Source: an uncultured Candidatus Saccharibacteria bacterium (GTDB lineage: Bacteria > Patescibacteriota > Minisyncoccia > Phycocordibacterales > Zambryskibacteraceae). Taken from it: a stretch of DNA of 42,377 nucleotides. Position numbers and translations under genes: made by a program. Numbering within the stretch: position 1 is the stretch's first letter; every line of letters begins with the position of its first letter. This document shows, in pieces, positions 26,005 to 33,711 of this stretch. The notes under the pieces are model-generated. The model ran no database searches. It worked only from the letters and a program-made list of their open reading frames with translations, and was not told the origin of the DNA. The DNA is taken from the NCBI GenBank assembly GCA_964357635.1, contig CAYHLZ010000003.1, positions 1 to 42,377 of the forward strand, read 5' to 3'.

Positions 26005-27246
26005 ATGGAAAACGAAGAACCTGATCAGACTGATCAGTTCGCCGTTGAAGATATCGAAAGAGGTCTTGAAGCAGAAAAAGCCAAAGAAGAAGTGCCAATC
26101 GAGCTGAGGCTGGTCGAGGAAGAAGTCCCTGTCCAGAACAAGACAGAAATGGATACAGTTCTGGAAACGGATACTGCGCCGGTGGTTGAGGCAAAAACCG
26201 AAGCAACCGCTGGAAAAGTTCCGAACGGAAAGCTCAATAAGGTATGGAGATGGACGAAATCCAACTTCTGGATTCTTTTCTGGGCGACGATCGGACTCTC
26301 TGCCTTTATCCTTCTAGGCTTCTTGCTCAGCGGAGTCGTTGAAAAGACGGTCGGAGTCGACGGCGCTCTCCACCAGAACTTTTGGTGGTGGACGCTCGGC
26401 ATCGTGGTAGTGATCGTCGTCATCTGGCTTCTCCTGCGAAGCTCCAAGGCAAAACAATACCCTGATGGGACGGCCAAGCCTCTGAACCCAGAGATAGTTG
26501 CAGTGGCAGTTTCTTCGCCACCACAACCGGCCAGGAGAATGGGTACGAGTTGGCCCGTGAGCGCTCTTGCCATCTTTGGTGGCGTAATCCTCTTCGGTTT
26601 ACTGTTGGGAGTTCTCATGGATGATGGTCCGAATCTCTCAAAGCCTGTCGCTTCGGCAATGGTAACAGAGACGACTGAGAACGGTTGGAATCTACCAACC
26701 GAAATCGTTCTCTCTATAATCGCTGATTGCGAAAGTGGAGACAAATGCCAGCCCGGCACTGGACGCCAGTTCAACAAGGACGGTAGTGTTGTCACAAACA
26801 AGAATAAAGATGGCACCATTGACATCGGTAAGTGGCAGATCAACTCTCGGCACGAAGTCGAGGCGAAGGCAAACAATATCGACCTCACAACTGAGGAAGG
26901 TAATCAAGCTTTTACTATGAGACTCTACAAACGTGAAGGGCTCAACCCATGGAAGGCGTCGCGGAGTGGTTGGGAACCCTTGCTCCTTTCTTACGGAAGT
27001 GGGGTGAGCGTGGCCAACACATATGTAGCACGAGCCGGAGAGCCGGTCGTGATTAGCATACCGCCGGATTATCGCCGAAAAATGGTGGGTGAACTTCCCA
27101 CTGTTGGTCTCTACTCCGAGAAATACCTTGATGCAGACAGAAACCTCATCGAGACAATCGGGGTCGTACCTCCGGCAACGGAAGCGATAATGCATATTGC
27201 CATCACCAAGTGCCGTTCGCAGGCTGATTGTGCAAGTACAAGGTAG
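26005..27246 (+). CDS. Membrane-anchored lysozyme-like / lytic transglycosylase protein
   Basis: Acidic N-terminus and three predicted TM segments. These are followed by IIADCESGDKCQPG...DGTIDIGKWQINSRHEVEAKANNIDL...NQAFTMRLYKREGLNPW, which matches the catalytic-Glu 'CES' plus 'D.G..QIN' pattern of SLT/Rpf-like muramidases. The C-terminal ~150 aa are unassigned. Confidence 0.55.
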   Translation: MENEEPDQTDQFAVEDIERGLEAEKAKEEVPIELRLVEEEVPVQNKTEMDTVLETDTAPVVEAKTEATAGKVPNGKLNKVWRWTKSNFWILFWATIGLSAFILLGFLLSGVVEKTVGVDGALHQNFWWWTLGIVVVIVVIWLLLRSSKAKQYPDGTAKPLNPEIVAVAVSSPPQPARRMGTSWPVSALAIFGGVILFGLLLGVLMDDGPNLSKPVASAMVTETTENGWNLPTEIVLSIIADCESGDKCQPGTGRQFNKDGSVVTNKNKDGTIDIGKWQINSRHEVEAKANNIDLTTEEGNQAFTMRLYKREGLNPWKASRSGWEPLLLSYGSGVSVANTYVARAGEPVVISIPPDYRRKMVGELPTVGLYSEKYLDADRNLIETIGVVPPATEAIMHIAITKCRSQADCASTR

Positions 27247-27262
27247 TACCTGCAAACGCAAA

Positions 27263-27297
27263 GGCGTCCCGATCGCGAGATCGCGGACGCCTTTTTT
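27263..27297 (+). terminator. Strong rho-independent terminator between the convergent lytic transglycosylase gene and the pilin-like array
   Basis: GGCGTCCCGATC-GCGA-GATCGCGGACGCC forms a 12-bp stem with one bulge and a GNRA loop, followed by T6. Confidence 0.8.
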
Positions 27298-27326
27298 AAT
27301 GCGAGAAAAAGTTTTCTTACTCTGCG

Positions 27327-27683
27327 TTAGACACCAGGAATTGGAACTGACGGAACTTGCTCAAGAGATTCACCTTGTTCAATACCAAAGGCATCCCCGA
27401 TAAAGCCAACGAGTCCCCAAACAGAAACCATCACAAAGAGAGCAATGACACCCCAAACCATGGTTTTCTTAGCATCTGACTTTGACTCCTCATTGCCTTG
27501 AGCAAAGATGAACTTAACGAGACCCCAGAAGAATGCTAGAAGAGCGATACCCACCACTACAGGTAGAAGAGTGCCTACAAGACCGCCAATGGAAGTGGCG
27601 AAGGTTTCCAAGTTGCCAAACTCTTCTTGAGCAAAAGCAAATGAAGGAAGAAATGCTAAGAGTGTGAGAGTTGTTTTTTTCAT
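27327..27683 (-). CDS. VirB2/TrbC-like two-TM small protein, family 1, with signal peptide (P1)
   Basis: 118 aa. Signal peptide ...FAFA|QEE, TM1 ending FFWGLVKFIF, loop AQGNEESKSDAKK, TM2 WGVIALFVMVSVWG and a Pro-rich tail. Confidence 0.6.
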   Translation of the reverse strand: MKKTTLTLLAFLPSFAFAQEEFGNLETFATSIGGLVGTLLPVVVGIALLAFFWGLVKFIFAQGNEESKSDAKKTMVWGVIALFVMVSVWGLVGFIGDAFGIEQGESLEQVPSVPIPGV

Positions 27684-27692
27684 TTGTTTACT

Positions 27693-27959
27693 TTAGATGT
27701 TGAGATAGTCGGGAGGGTCAATACCGAAGGTGCTAAGAACCAAACGAATCAAACTAAAGGCAGAAATCATGATAAACATGCCGAAGAGTCCCCAAAAGAT
27801 TTTCTTTTTACCAGTTTCGCGCTTGTCATCGGATGTCTCGGAGAAAATGAACTGAAAAATTCCCCAGAAGAAGACTAAGGCGGCTATGGCGAAAGCAAGT
27901 ACAATCAGAGGGTTAAGAATGTAACGGTTAACCCCGTTGAGAAACTCGGATATGTCCAT
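27693..27959 (-). CDS. VirB2/TrbC-like two-TM small protein, family 1, leaderless (P2)
   Basis: 88 aa with no signal peptide. TM1 ending FFWGIFQFIF, a charged loop, and TM2 WGLFGMFIMISAFS. Confidence 0.55.
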   Translation of the reverse strand: MDISEFLNGVNRYILNPLIVLAFAIAALVFFWGIFQFIFSETSDDKRETGKKKIFWGLFGMFIMISAFSLIRLVLSTFGIDPPDYLNI

Positions 27960-27974
27960 CAGACGTTCTAGAAA

Positions 27975-28319
27975 CTAAATTCCAGGAACTGTTGGAGTGT
28001 CGGTAAGTTGGTCCTGGTTAATACCAAGTGCGCTACCAATGAATTCTACGAGACCCCAGACAGAAACCATCACGAAGAGGGCAATAAGACCCCAGAGCAT
28101 GATTTTCTTAGCTTCTGCCTTAGATTCCTCATTGCCTTGGGCAAAGATGAACTTAACAAGTCCCCAGAAGAAGACTAGAAGGGCGATAGCAACGACTATA
28201 GGTAGAGCTAGAGCTACCAATTCGCCGATATTTTCAACGAATGTGTCTATGTTGCCAAGGTCTTGAGCAAAGGCGAAAGCTGGAGCAAATGCCAAGAGGG
28301 CAAGGATAACTTTTTTCAT
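27975..28319 (-). CDS. VirB2/TrbC-like two-TM small protein, family 1, with signal peptide (P3)
   Basis: 114 aa and roughly 70% identical to P1 by eye. Signal peptide ...FAFA|QD, FFWGLVKFIFAQGNEESK and WGLIALFVMVSVWG. Confidence 0.6.
   Translation of the reverse strand: MKKVILALLAFAPAFAFAQDLGNIDTFVENIGELVALALPIVVAIALLVFFWGLVKFIFAQGNEESKAEAKKIMLWGLIALFVMVSVWGLVEFIGSALGINQDQLTDTPTVPGI
28054..28094. repeat. 41-nt exact repeat, copy 1 (inside P3)
   Basis: ccccagacagaaaccatcacgaagagggcaataagacccca is identical to 28541-28581. It encodes the WGLIALFVMVSVWG helix. Confidence 0.9.
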
Positions 28320-28434
28320 TTATTGTAACTTTTGAGGGCCTTTAAACGAGCCCTTTGTTATTTGTAATATACCTAAACGGTACCTCTATATCCTATCCCA
28401 GTGGGATATGAGGCGCAATCAAGTTATCCCCTGC

Positions 28435-28818
28435 CTACTGAAAGTCTCCAGAACGGGGCGGAATGTTGCCACTACCACCATTATCGGTAGGTGTGGGAGA
28501 CACCCCACCAAGAAGAGCATCTTGGAAGAACTCTATTATCCCCCAGACAGAAACCATCACGAAGAGGGCAATAAGACCCCACTTCATCAATCTCTTACCG
28601 TCATCTACCGCTTTCTCTCCGTCCCCGCCTAGGCGGAAGACAAATTTAACGAGACCCCAAAAGAAGACTAGCAGGGCCACGCCGACAAGTATTGCAATTA
28701 AGGGATTAATAAGACCCCCCGTTGCGGTGATAAGTTCTCCTAGACCCGTGAGTTGAGCAGAAGCTACTAGGGGTAATAGAGCGAGTGCGGGTATAAGAAG
28801 TTTTATATATTTTTTCAT
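28435..28818 (-). CDS. VirB2/TrbC-like two-TM small protein, family 1, with signal peptide (P4)
   Basis: 127 aa. Signal peptide ...VASA|QL, FFWGLVKFVF, loop RLGGDGEKAVDDGKR, WGLIALFVMVSVWG and a Gly/Pro-rich tail. Confidence 0.6.
   Translation of the reverse strand: MKKYIKLLIPALALLPLVASAQLTGLGELITATGGLINPLIAILVGVALLVFFWGLVKFVFRLGGDGEKAVDDGKRLMKWGLIALFVMVSVWGIIEFFQDALLGGVSPTPTDNGGSGNIPPRSGDFQ
28541..28581. repeat. 41-nt exact repeat, copy 2 (inside P4)
   Basis: Identical to 28054-28094. The flanking codons differ. Confidence 0.9.
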
Positions 28819-28823
28819 AGTTA

Positions 28824-29111
28824 TTAATTACCTTGTGGTAAAAGAGGCCAGCCGGAGCCGAACCCGGGAATTTCGTTACTGGCAAAGGCAAGGATAGACA
28901 TTAATGAGATTACTATAAAGAGCGCGATGAGACCCCAGACCATAAGTTTCTTTCCGTCTGAAATGGCCTTCTCATCTCCACCAACGCGGAAAATAAACTT
29001 AACCAAACCCCAAACAAAAACCAGAACAGAAAGACCAAAAATTACCGGCAAGGCCAGAGTTATCAAATCAACGATGACCATTACTACAGAGTTAAAATCG
29101 GTTGGTGCCAT
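28824..29111 (-). CDS. VirB2/TrbC-like two-TM small protein, family 1, leaderless (P5)
   Basis: 95 aa from ATG 29111 (the ORF extends to a TTG at 29126). It has VFVWGLVKFIF, loop RVGGDEKAISDGKK and WGLIALFIVISLMS. Its start lies 2 nt after the P6 stop. Confidence 0.55.
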   Translation of the reverse strand: MAPTDFNSVVMVIVDLITLALPVIFGLSVLVFVWGLVKFIFRVGGDEKAISDGKKLMVWGLIALFIVISLMSILAFASNEIPGFGSGWPLLPQGN

Positions 29112-29113
29112 GT

Positions 29114-29545
29114 TTATATTGGGCAAGATGGACCGCCTAAGGCTTCGATGGTCGTACAGACAACGTTAGCGATAACCCATGCCCCAAGAAGAACGGCAGT
29201 GCCAACGGAAGTGTAAAGAAGTGATTTGTGCGCTGTTTTAAGTTTCGTCTCATTGCCCGCTGCTGTGACATAAAGAAAGCCGGAGAAAACAAAGGCAAGC
29301 ACGGCGATGACCCCGCCGATGGGCAAGACGACATCGTTAATAATTGTTCTCACAAGACCAAAGAGGGATCTTTGGGCGCCAAAAGGATTATCGAGGGTAA
29401 CATTGATAGATGGGTTACCGACACCAGTGGGCACACAGTTTGGAGGAGAACCGGCTTGTCCGGGTGGACACTGGGCTAAAACTGAGGGAATACCGACAGC
29501 AAAGAAAAAAGAGAGAGATAAAAGAGTTATGGGTAATTTTTTCAT
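29114..29545 (-). CDS. VirB2/TrbC-like two-TM small protein, family 2, Cys-containing (P6)
   Basis: 143 aa from ATG 29545. Signal peptide ...VLA|Q, CPPGQAGSPPNC, TM1 ...FSGFLYVTAAGNETKLK loop, TM2 and a C-terminal C...C pair. Confidence 0.55.
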   Translation of the reverse strand: MKKLPITLLSLSFFFAVGIPSVLAQCPPGQAGSPPNCVPTGVGNPSINVTLDNPFGAQRSLFGLVRTIINDVVLPIGGVIAVLAFVFSGFLYVTAAGNETKLKTAHKSLLYTSVGTAVLLGAWVIANVVCTTIEALGGPSCPI

Positions 29546-29549
29546 ATTT

Positions 29550-29921
29550 TTATTGTGGTGGACCAAGAAGTGAGGTGCCAGTAGTTAGGCTAGTAATAGT
29601 GTAAACCAGAAGCCATGCTGCGAGTATCCACAGGTAACCTATTAAAACTTTAGTAAAAATTCCTTTTGCTTGAGTTTTCCTAGACTCACTGCCACCAGAT
29701 GTCATAAGAAGAAATCCAGAGTAAATGAAAGCGAGAACCGCAACGAAGGTTGAAAGAAGGACTAGAGCAGTTATAACATTCTGAGCAAGCTCAATAAGGT
29801 GGTCAAAGGTGCATTCTTCTGTCACGCCATCGCAGACTATTAGGTCAAAGCCTTGAGCAGAAACACTCTGCGCCAGAAAACTAAAGAGAAGAATGGGAAT
29901 TAATAATAAAAACTTATTCAT
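29550..29921 (-). CDS. VirB2/TrbC-like two-TM small protein, family 2, Cys-containing (P7)
   Basis: 123 aa. Signal peptide ...SVSA|QG, CDGVTEEC, TM1 ...YSGFLLMTSGGSESRK loop, and TM2. Its ATG shares one nucleotide with the stop of the upstream SBP-like gene (TAATG). Confidence 0.6.
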   Translation of the reverse strand: MNKFLLLIPILLFSFLAQSVSAQGFDLIVCDGVTEECTFDHLIELAQNVITALVLLSTFVAVLAFIYSGFLLMTSGGSESRKTQAKGIFTKVLIGYLWILAAWLLVYTITSLTTGTSLLGPPQ

Positions 29922-31210
29922 TATTGTTTTATTAGCGCATCAACCTCTTCACTAATTTCGTTAATTGCCTCTCCTGACCTTGCGCGACCGCTTGTAACTG
30001 ACTCTATGGCGTTTTTAAAGACTGTGTCGGTCTCTTCGGCATCTGGGTCAAGAAAACCTTTTGACTGAAGTGCTGCATCGTAGAAGGTGGAAAAGATGGC
30101 ATCTGTAGGCTTTGAAACAAGAAGGTCTCTACGGGCTGGTGGCAAGGCAAGGTTCTTGGAGAGGAAGGCGGATGATTCTTTTGAGGTAAGAGTAGTTGCC
30201 ACGGTAAAGGCAACTGCGGGGTTTCTGGAGCCTCGAGATATTGCAACACCTTTTATGTACCCAAAGGTTGTAACTCTACTTGAGACTCTTGATTGCGGAA
30301 CAGGCGCCACAGAAAAGTTAAGGGTTGGGTTCTTGTTCTTAAGTATAGAAAACTCTGAAGCAAAACCAAGGTAGTAGGCAGAGTCCCCGCTCGTAAAGTG
30401 CGTTTGGGCATCAACGAGAGAGCGGTTCCAGCTATAAAACACTTTTGTCGGATTTGAAAACTGGGTGTAGAAGTCTAGAGCCGCAACCCCTGGTGAAATC
30501 GGCAGACTGTTGGGGTTAGTGGCAATTTGTGATTGGAGCTTGCCACTAACTTTAGCCGTGATTGGCGTACCCGCTTGGAGAAAGAGTAGAGAAAGAATGT
30601 CCTTGGCATGAGGGATATTGCGTGCCTCTCCTAGAGCTATAACTGAAGAAAACAAATTTCCGGCAGTATCCTTTTTTGAAAGGTTGGCAGCAGAGGCATA
30701 TATCTCATCCCAATACGTAATGGGCCCTGCATGCCCGGCAGACGAGAGGAGGTCTCTGTTGTAATAGAGAACCATCGGGTCTATGGATATCGGTAGGGCA
30801 AAGATGCCACCAGCATCTAGAAAGAGTTCGGCCTCCTCAACGAAAATTGTTTTAAAGTCACGTTCAGTAAAACTTTCAAACGGGATGGCCAAAAGTTTTG
30901 GTTTATTTTTCCAGAGTCGGTCTTGAGTGAGCAAAATAAGGTCTGGACCTTGTCCCCGAGCAAGTGCTTCGGTAAATTCAGTATCAAGTGCATCGGCAGA
31001 TTTTTCCACATAGCTTACAGTTAATGTATCGTCTTGAGTAAGTGTTGGGGTATTGAGAAGAAGATTAAAATAATGTGATGGCACATCTCCCCAGACAACT
31101 ATATTGACATCGTTATTACCACCTCCACCACGATAAAGAGAGAAGACAGCTACTCCAATGACAACAAAGGCCCCGAAAACTGCCAAGAGAATAATCTGAA
31201 ACTTAGACAT
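29921..31210 (-). CDS. Membrane-anchored extracellular solute-binding-protein (family 1)-like protein
   Basis: N-terminal TM anchor (ILLAVFGAFVVIGVAVF) followed by an SBP_bac_1-like body, including ALPISIDPMVLYYNRDLLSSAG. No permease or ATPase gene is adjacent. Confidence 0.6.
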   Translation of the reverse strand: MSKFQIILLAVFGAFVVIGVAVFSLYRGGGGNNDVNIVVWGDVPSHYFNLLLNTPTLTQDDTLTVSYVEKSADALDTEFTEALARGQGPDLILLTQDRLWKNKPKLLAIPFESFTERDFKTIFVEEAELFLDAGGIFALPISIDPMVLYYNRDLLSSAGHAGPITYWDEIYASAANLSKKDTAGNLFSSVIALGEARNIPHAKDILSLLFLQAGTPITAKVSGKLQSQIATNPNSLPISPGVAALDFYTQFSNPTKVFYSWNRSLVDAQTHFTSGDSAYYLGFASEFSILKNKNPTLNFSVAPVPQSRVSSRVTTFGYIKGVAISRGSRNPAVAFTVATTLTSKESSAFLSKNLALPPARRDLLVSKPTDAIFSTFYDAALQSKGFLDPDAEETDTVFKNAIESVTSGRARSGEAINEISEEVDALIKQ

Positions 31211-31255
31211 ATCTATAGTGTATCAAAGAGGGAAAAACTCTCAACGAATAGCTTG

Positions 31256-31272
31256 CCCCGCCGTGGCGTGGG
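31256..31272. repeat. GC-rich hairpin motif, variant copy 3 (CCCCGCCGTGGCGTGGG, intergenic 3' of gyrA)
   Basis: It shares AGCTTGCCCCGCC-N-TGGCG with the copy at 22252-22274. Confidence 0.5.
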
Positions 31273-31275
31273 CTC

Positions 31276-33711
31276 TTACAAACAAATTAAGGAGGCCAAA
31301 CTATCTCCCTCTCTTAATTTCATGATGCGCACTCCTTGAGTCTGACGACCTAAGACCGGAATTTCTTTCAAATCTACGCGCACTACCTGACTCTTCTTGG
31401 AGATGGCAATCACTTCGTCTTGTTGGTCTGTAACTACCTGCGAGGCAATAACCTGCCCAGTTTTTGCTGTTACCTTTGAGGTAAGGATACCAGAACCACC
31501 TCTGCCTTGAACTTTGTATTCCGACAAATCGGTGCGTTTGCCGTATCCGTTGGCAGAAATTACTAAAAGGTGACTGGACTTCCACTCTGGTTTTATAACG
31601 TGAGCGCCCACCACCGTGTCTCCCTTATCAAGTTTAATCCCCCTCACTCCACCAGCACTTCTGCCCATTTCTCTGATAGCTGATTCTTTAAATCTTATGG
31701 ATTGACCTTTTTTGGTAACAATGGAAACATCATCTCCTTTTGTAACAAGTTCCACAGAAGTAAGTCGGTCTTTGGGTGCAAGCTTTACAGCGATGATACC
31801 CGAAGAGCGTACGTCCTGAAAACTTTTGGCAGAAACTTTTTTTGCAACACCATTTTCTGTTACCATAAACAGAGAGCTTACGGCGAGGTCAGCTTGTTTC
31901 GGCATAGCTAAAATAGAGGTGACTTTCTCATCATCAGAAAGGGAAATAAAGTTCATGACCGACTTACCACGCGTAGCTCGTTTACCTTCTGGGATGTCAA
32001 ACATTTTTATTTGATAGGCCTTGCCCTTGTCTGTAAAGAACAGGAGGCTCGCATGGGTGCTCGCCGTCAAAAAGTTTGTGACAAAGTCTTCTTCCTTGGT
32101 ATCAAGGTCCACCACGCCAACACCGCCACGCTTCTGTCGCTTGTACTCATCTGGATTGGTGCGTTTTATATAACCACCCGATGTAAGTACTAACGCATTT
32201 TCTTCTTCTGGGACAAGGTCCTCAACAGATAGGACCTTAACCCCGCCTTTAATAACTTTGGTGCGACGTTCATCACCAAATTTACTCTTCAAATCTTCAA
32301 GTTCGGTTCTAATTGTTTTTAAAATTTTGGCAGGGGATGCAAGTAGCGCTTTCATTTCTTTTATAAAGCCCTGCACTTCCTTAAGCTCATCTTCAACCTT
32401 CTGTCGTTCAAGGCCAGCAAGTTTTTGAAGCTTCATTTCAAGAATGGCGTTGGCTTGAAGTTGAGATAATTTAAACTCTTTCATCAATCCCGCGCGGGCA
32501 TCATCAACACTTTTAGAAGCGCGGATAAGTTTTATCACTTTGTCTATGTTTTCAAGCGCCTTAACTAGACCAAGTAAGATATGTTCACGCTCTTCTGCGC
32601 GGGCGATCTCAAATGCCGTGCGACGCTTGACCACAGACTCTCTGTGTTTGAGAAACTCAACGAGCATGCTCTTGAGCGAAAGTGTTTGTGGGACACCATC
32701 AACAAGCGCCACGAGATTCAGGTGGAAAGTATCTTCAAGTTGAGTGTGCTTGTAGAGAGAATTTAAAATCTTTTGTGGTTGCCCTCCTGCTTTCAGGTCA
32801 ATAACAATGCGAATATCTTTAGTGGATTCATCTCGCAAACCTTTTATACCCTCAATTTTCTTTTCCCGCACAAGGTCAGCAACCTTAGTAATCAAATCGG
32901 CCTTATTTACTCTAAAAGGGATAGCAGTAATAACAATCTGGAATTGCCCAGCCTTATTTTCAACAATGTCTGTTACTCCACGAGCAATAATGGGTCCACG
33001 ACCGGTGGCATAGGCATGCTGAATATCTTTTTCATTAAAAATAATGCCACCGGTAGGGAAATCGGGGCCCTTTATAAACTGGAGAAGATCTTCGGTGGTG
33101 GCTTCCCTCTTGTCGCTAAGAAAAATTGCCGCATCAACCACTTCAGAAAGATTGTGAGGAGGAATGTTGGTGGCCATACCGACAGCAATACCAAGGGTGC
33201 CGTTTAACAAAAGGTTTGGTGCAACAGACGGAAGAACTGTGGGTTCTGATTTAGTCCCATCATAGTTTGGTCTGAAGTTTACCGTGTCTTTATCAATATC
33301 TTTGAGCATCTCGCCGGCAATGCGAGACATTTTCGCCTCCGTGTATCTATATGCTGCGGCGCCGTCGCCATCTATTGAACCAAAGTTTCCTTGACCAATA
33401 ACTAATGGATAACGCATTGAGAAGTCTTGCGCCATCTTAACCATTGCGTCATAGACAGAGGTATCACCATGCGGATGGTATTTGCCCAACACATCTCCAA
33501 CGATGGTGGCAGACTTTTTGGTCTTAGCGCTCGCATTAAGACCAATTTCGTTCATGGCATATAAAATTCTTCTATGCACTGGCTTAAGACCATCTCTAAC
33601 ATCTGGCAGAGCGCGGTCGGTGATAACCGACATAGCGTAGTCAATAAACGACTCCTTCATCTCGCTCGTAATCGCTCGAGATACAATTCTCTGTTCGTCC
33701 TTATTGCTCAT
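31276..33711 (-). CDS. gyrA: DNA gyrase subunit A
   Basis: [26 protein letters not shown], active-site Tyr context [11 protein letters not shown] and C-terminal beta-pinwheel repeats. Confidence 0.95.
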   Translation of the reverse strand: MSNKDEQRIVSRAITSEMKESFIDYAMSVITDRALPDVRDGLKPVHRRILYAMNEIGLNASAKTKKSATIVGDVLGKYHPHGDTSVYDAMVKMAQDFSMRYPLVIGQGNFGSIDGDGAAAYRYTEAKMSRIAGEMLKDIDKDTVNFRPNYDGTKSEPTVLPSVAPNLLLNGTLGIAVGMATNIPPHNLSEVVDAAIFLSDKREATTEDLLQFIKGPDFPTGGIIFNEKDIQHAYATGRGPIIARGVTDIVENKAGQFQIVITAIPFRVNKADLITKVADLVREKKIEGIKGLRDESTKDIRIVIDLKAGGQPQKILNSLYKHTQLEDTFHLNLVALVDGVPQTLSLKSMLVEFLKHRESVVKRRTAFEIARAEEREHILLGLVKALENIDKVIKLIRASKSVDDARAGLMKEFKLSQLQANAILEMKLQKLAGLERQKVEDELKEVQGFIKEMKALLASPAKILKTIRTELEDLKSKFGDERRTKVIKGGVKVLSVEDLVPEEENALVLTSGGYIKRTNPDEYKRQKRGGVGVVDLDTKEEDFVTNFLTASTHASLLFFTDKGKAYQIKMFDIPEGKRATRGKSVMNFISLSDDEKVTSILAMPKQADLAVSSLFMVTENGVAKKVSAKSFQDVRSSGIIAVKLAPKDRLTSVELVTKGDDVSIVTKKGQSIRFKESAIREMGRSAGGVRGIKLDKGDTVVGAHVIKPEWKSSHLLVISANGYGKRTDLSEYKVQGRGGSGILTSKVTAKTGQVIASQVVTDQQDEVIAISKKSQVVRVDLKEIPVLGRQTQGVRIMKLREGDSLASLICL

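Noticed and set aside
26034-26888. 284-aa minus-strand ORF, plus the 189-aa ORF at 26692-27261, over the lytic transglycosylase gene
   Set aside because: Both are long only because the island is GC-richer. The sequences are Ser/Thr/Pro low complexity. The plus-strand frame carries TM segments, the muramidase motif and its own promoter, SD and terminator.
23993-27300. Calling the 24-27.3 kb island a prophage or integrative element
   Set aside because: I could find no integrase, recombinase, capsid or terminase-like ORF, no flanking direct repeat and no adjacent tRNA. I describe it only as a compositional island.
28394-28408. TATCCC-AGT-GGGATA hairpin in the 115-nt gap between pilin-like genes P4 and P3
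   Set aside because: It has a 6-bp AT-containing stem, a 3-nt loop and no T-run. I cannot tell whether it is a processing site, a terminator or chance. I also could not identify a convincing internal promoter in this gap.
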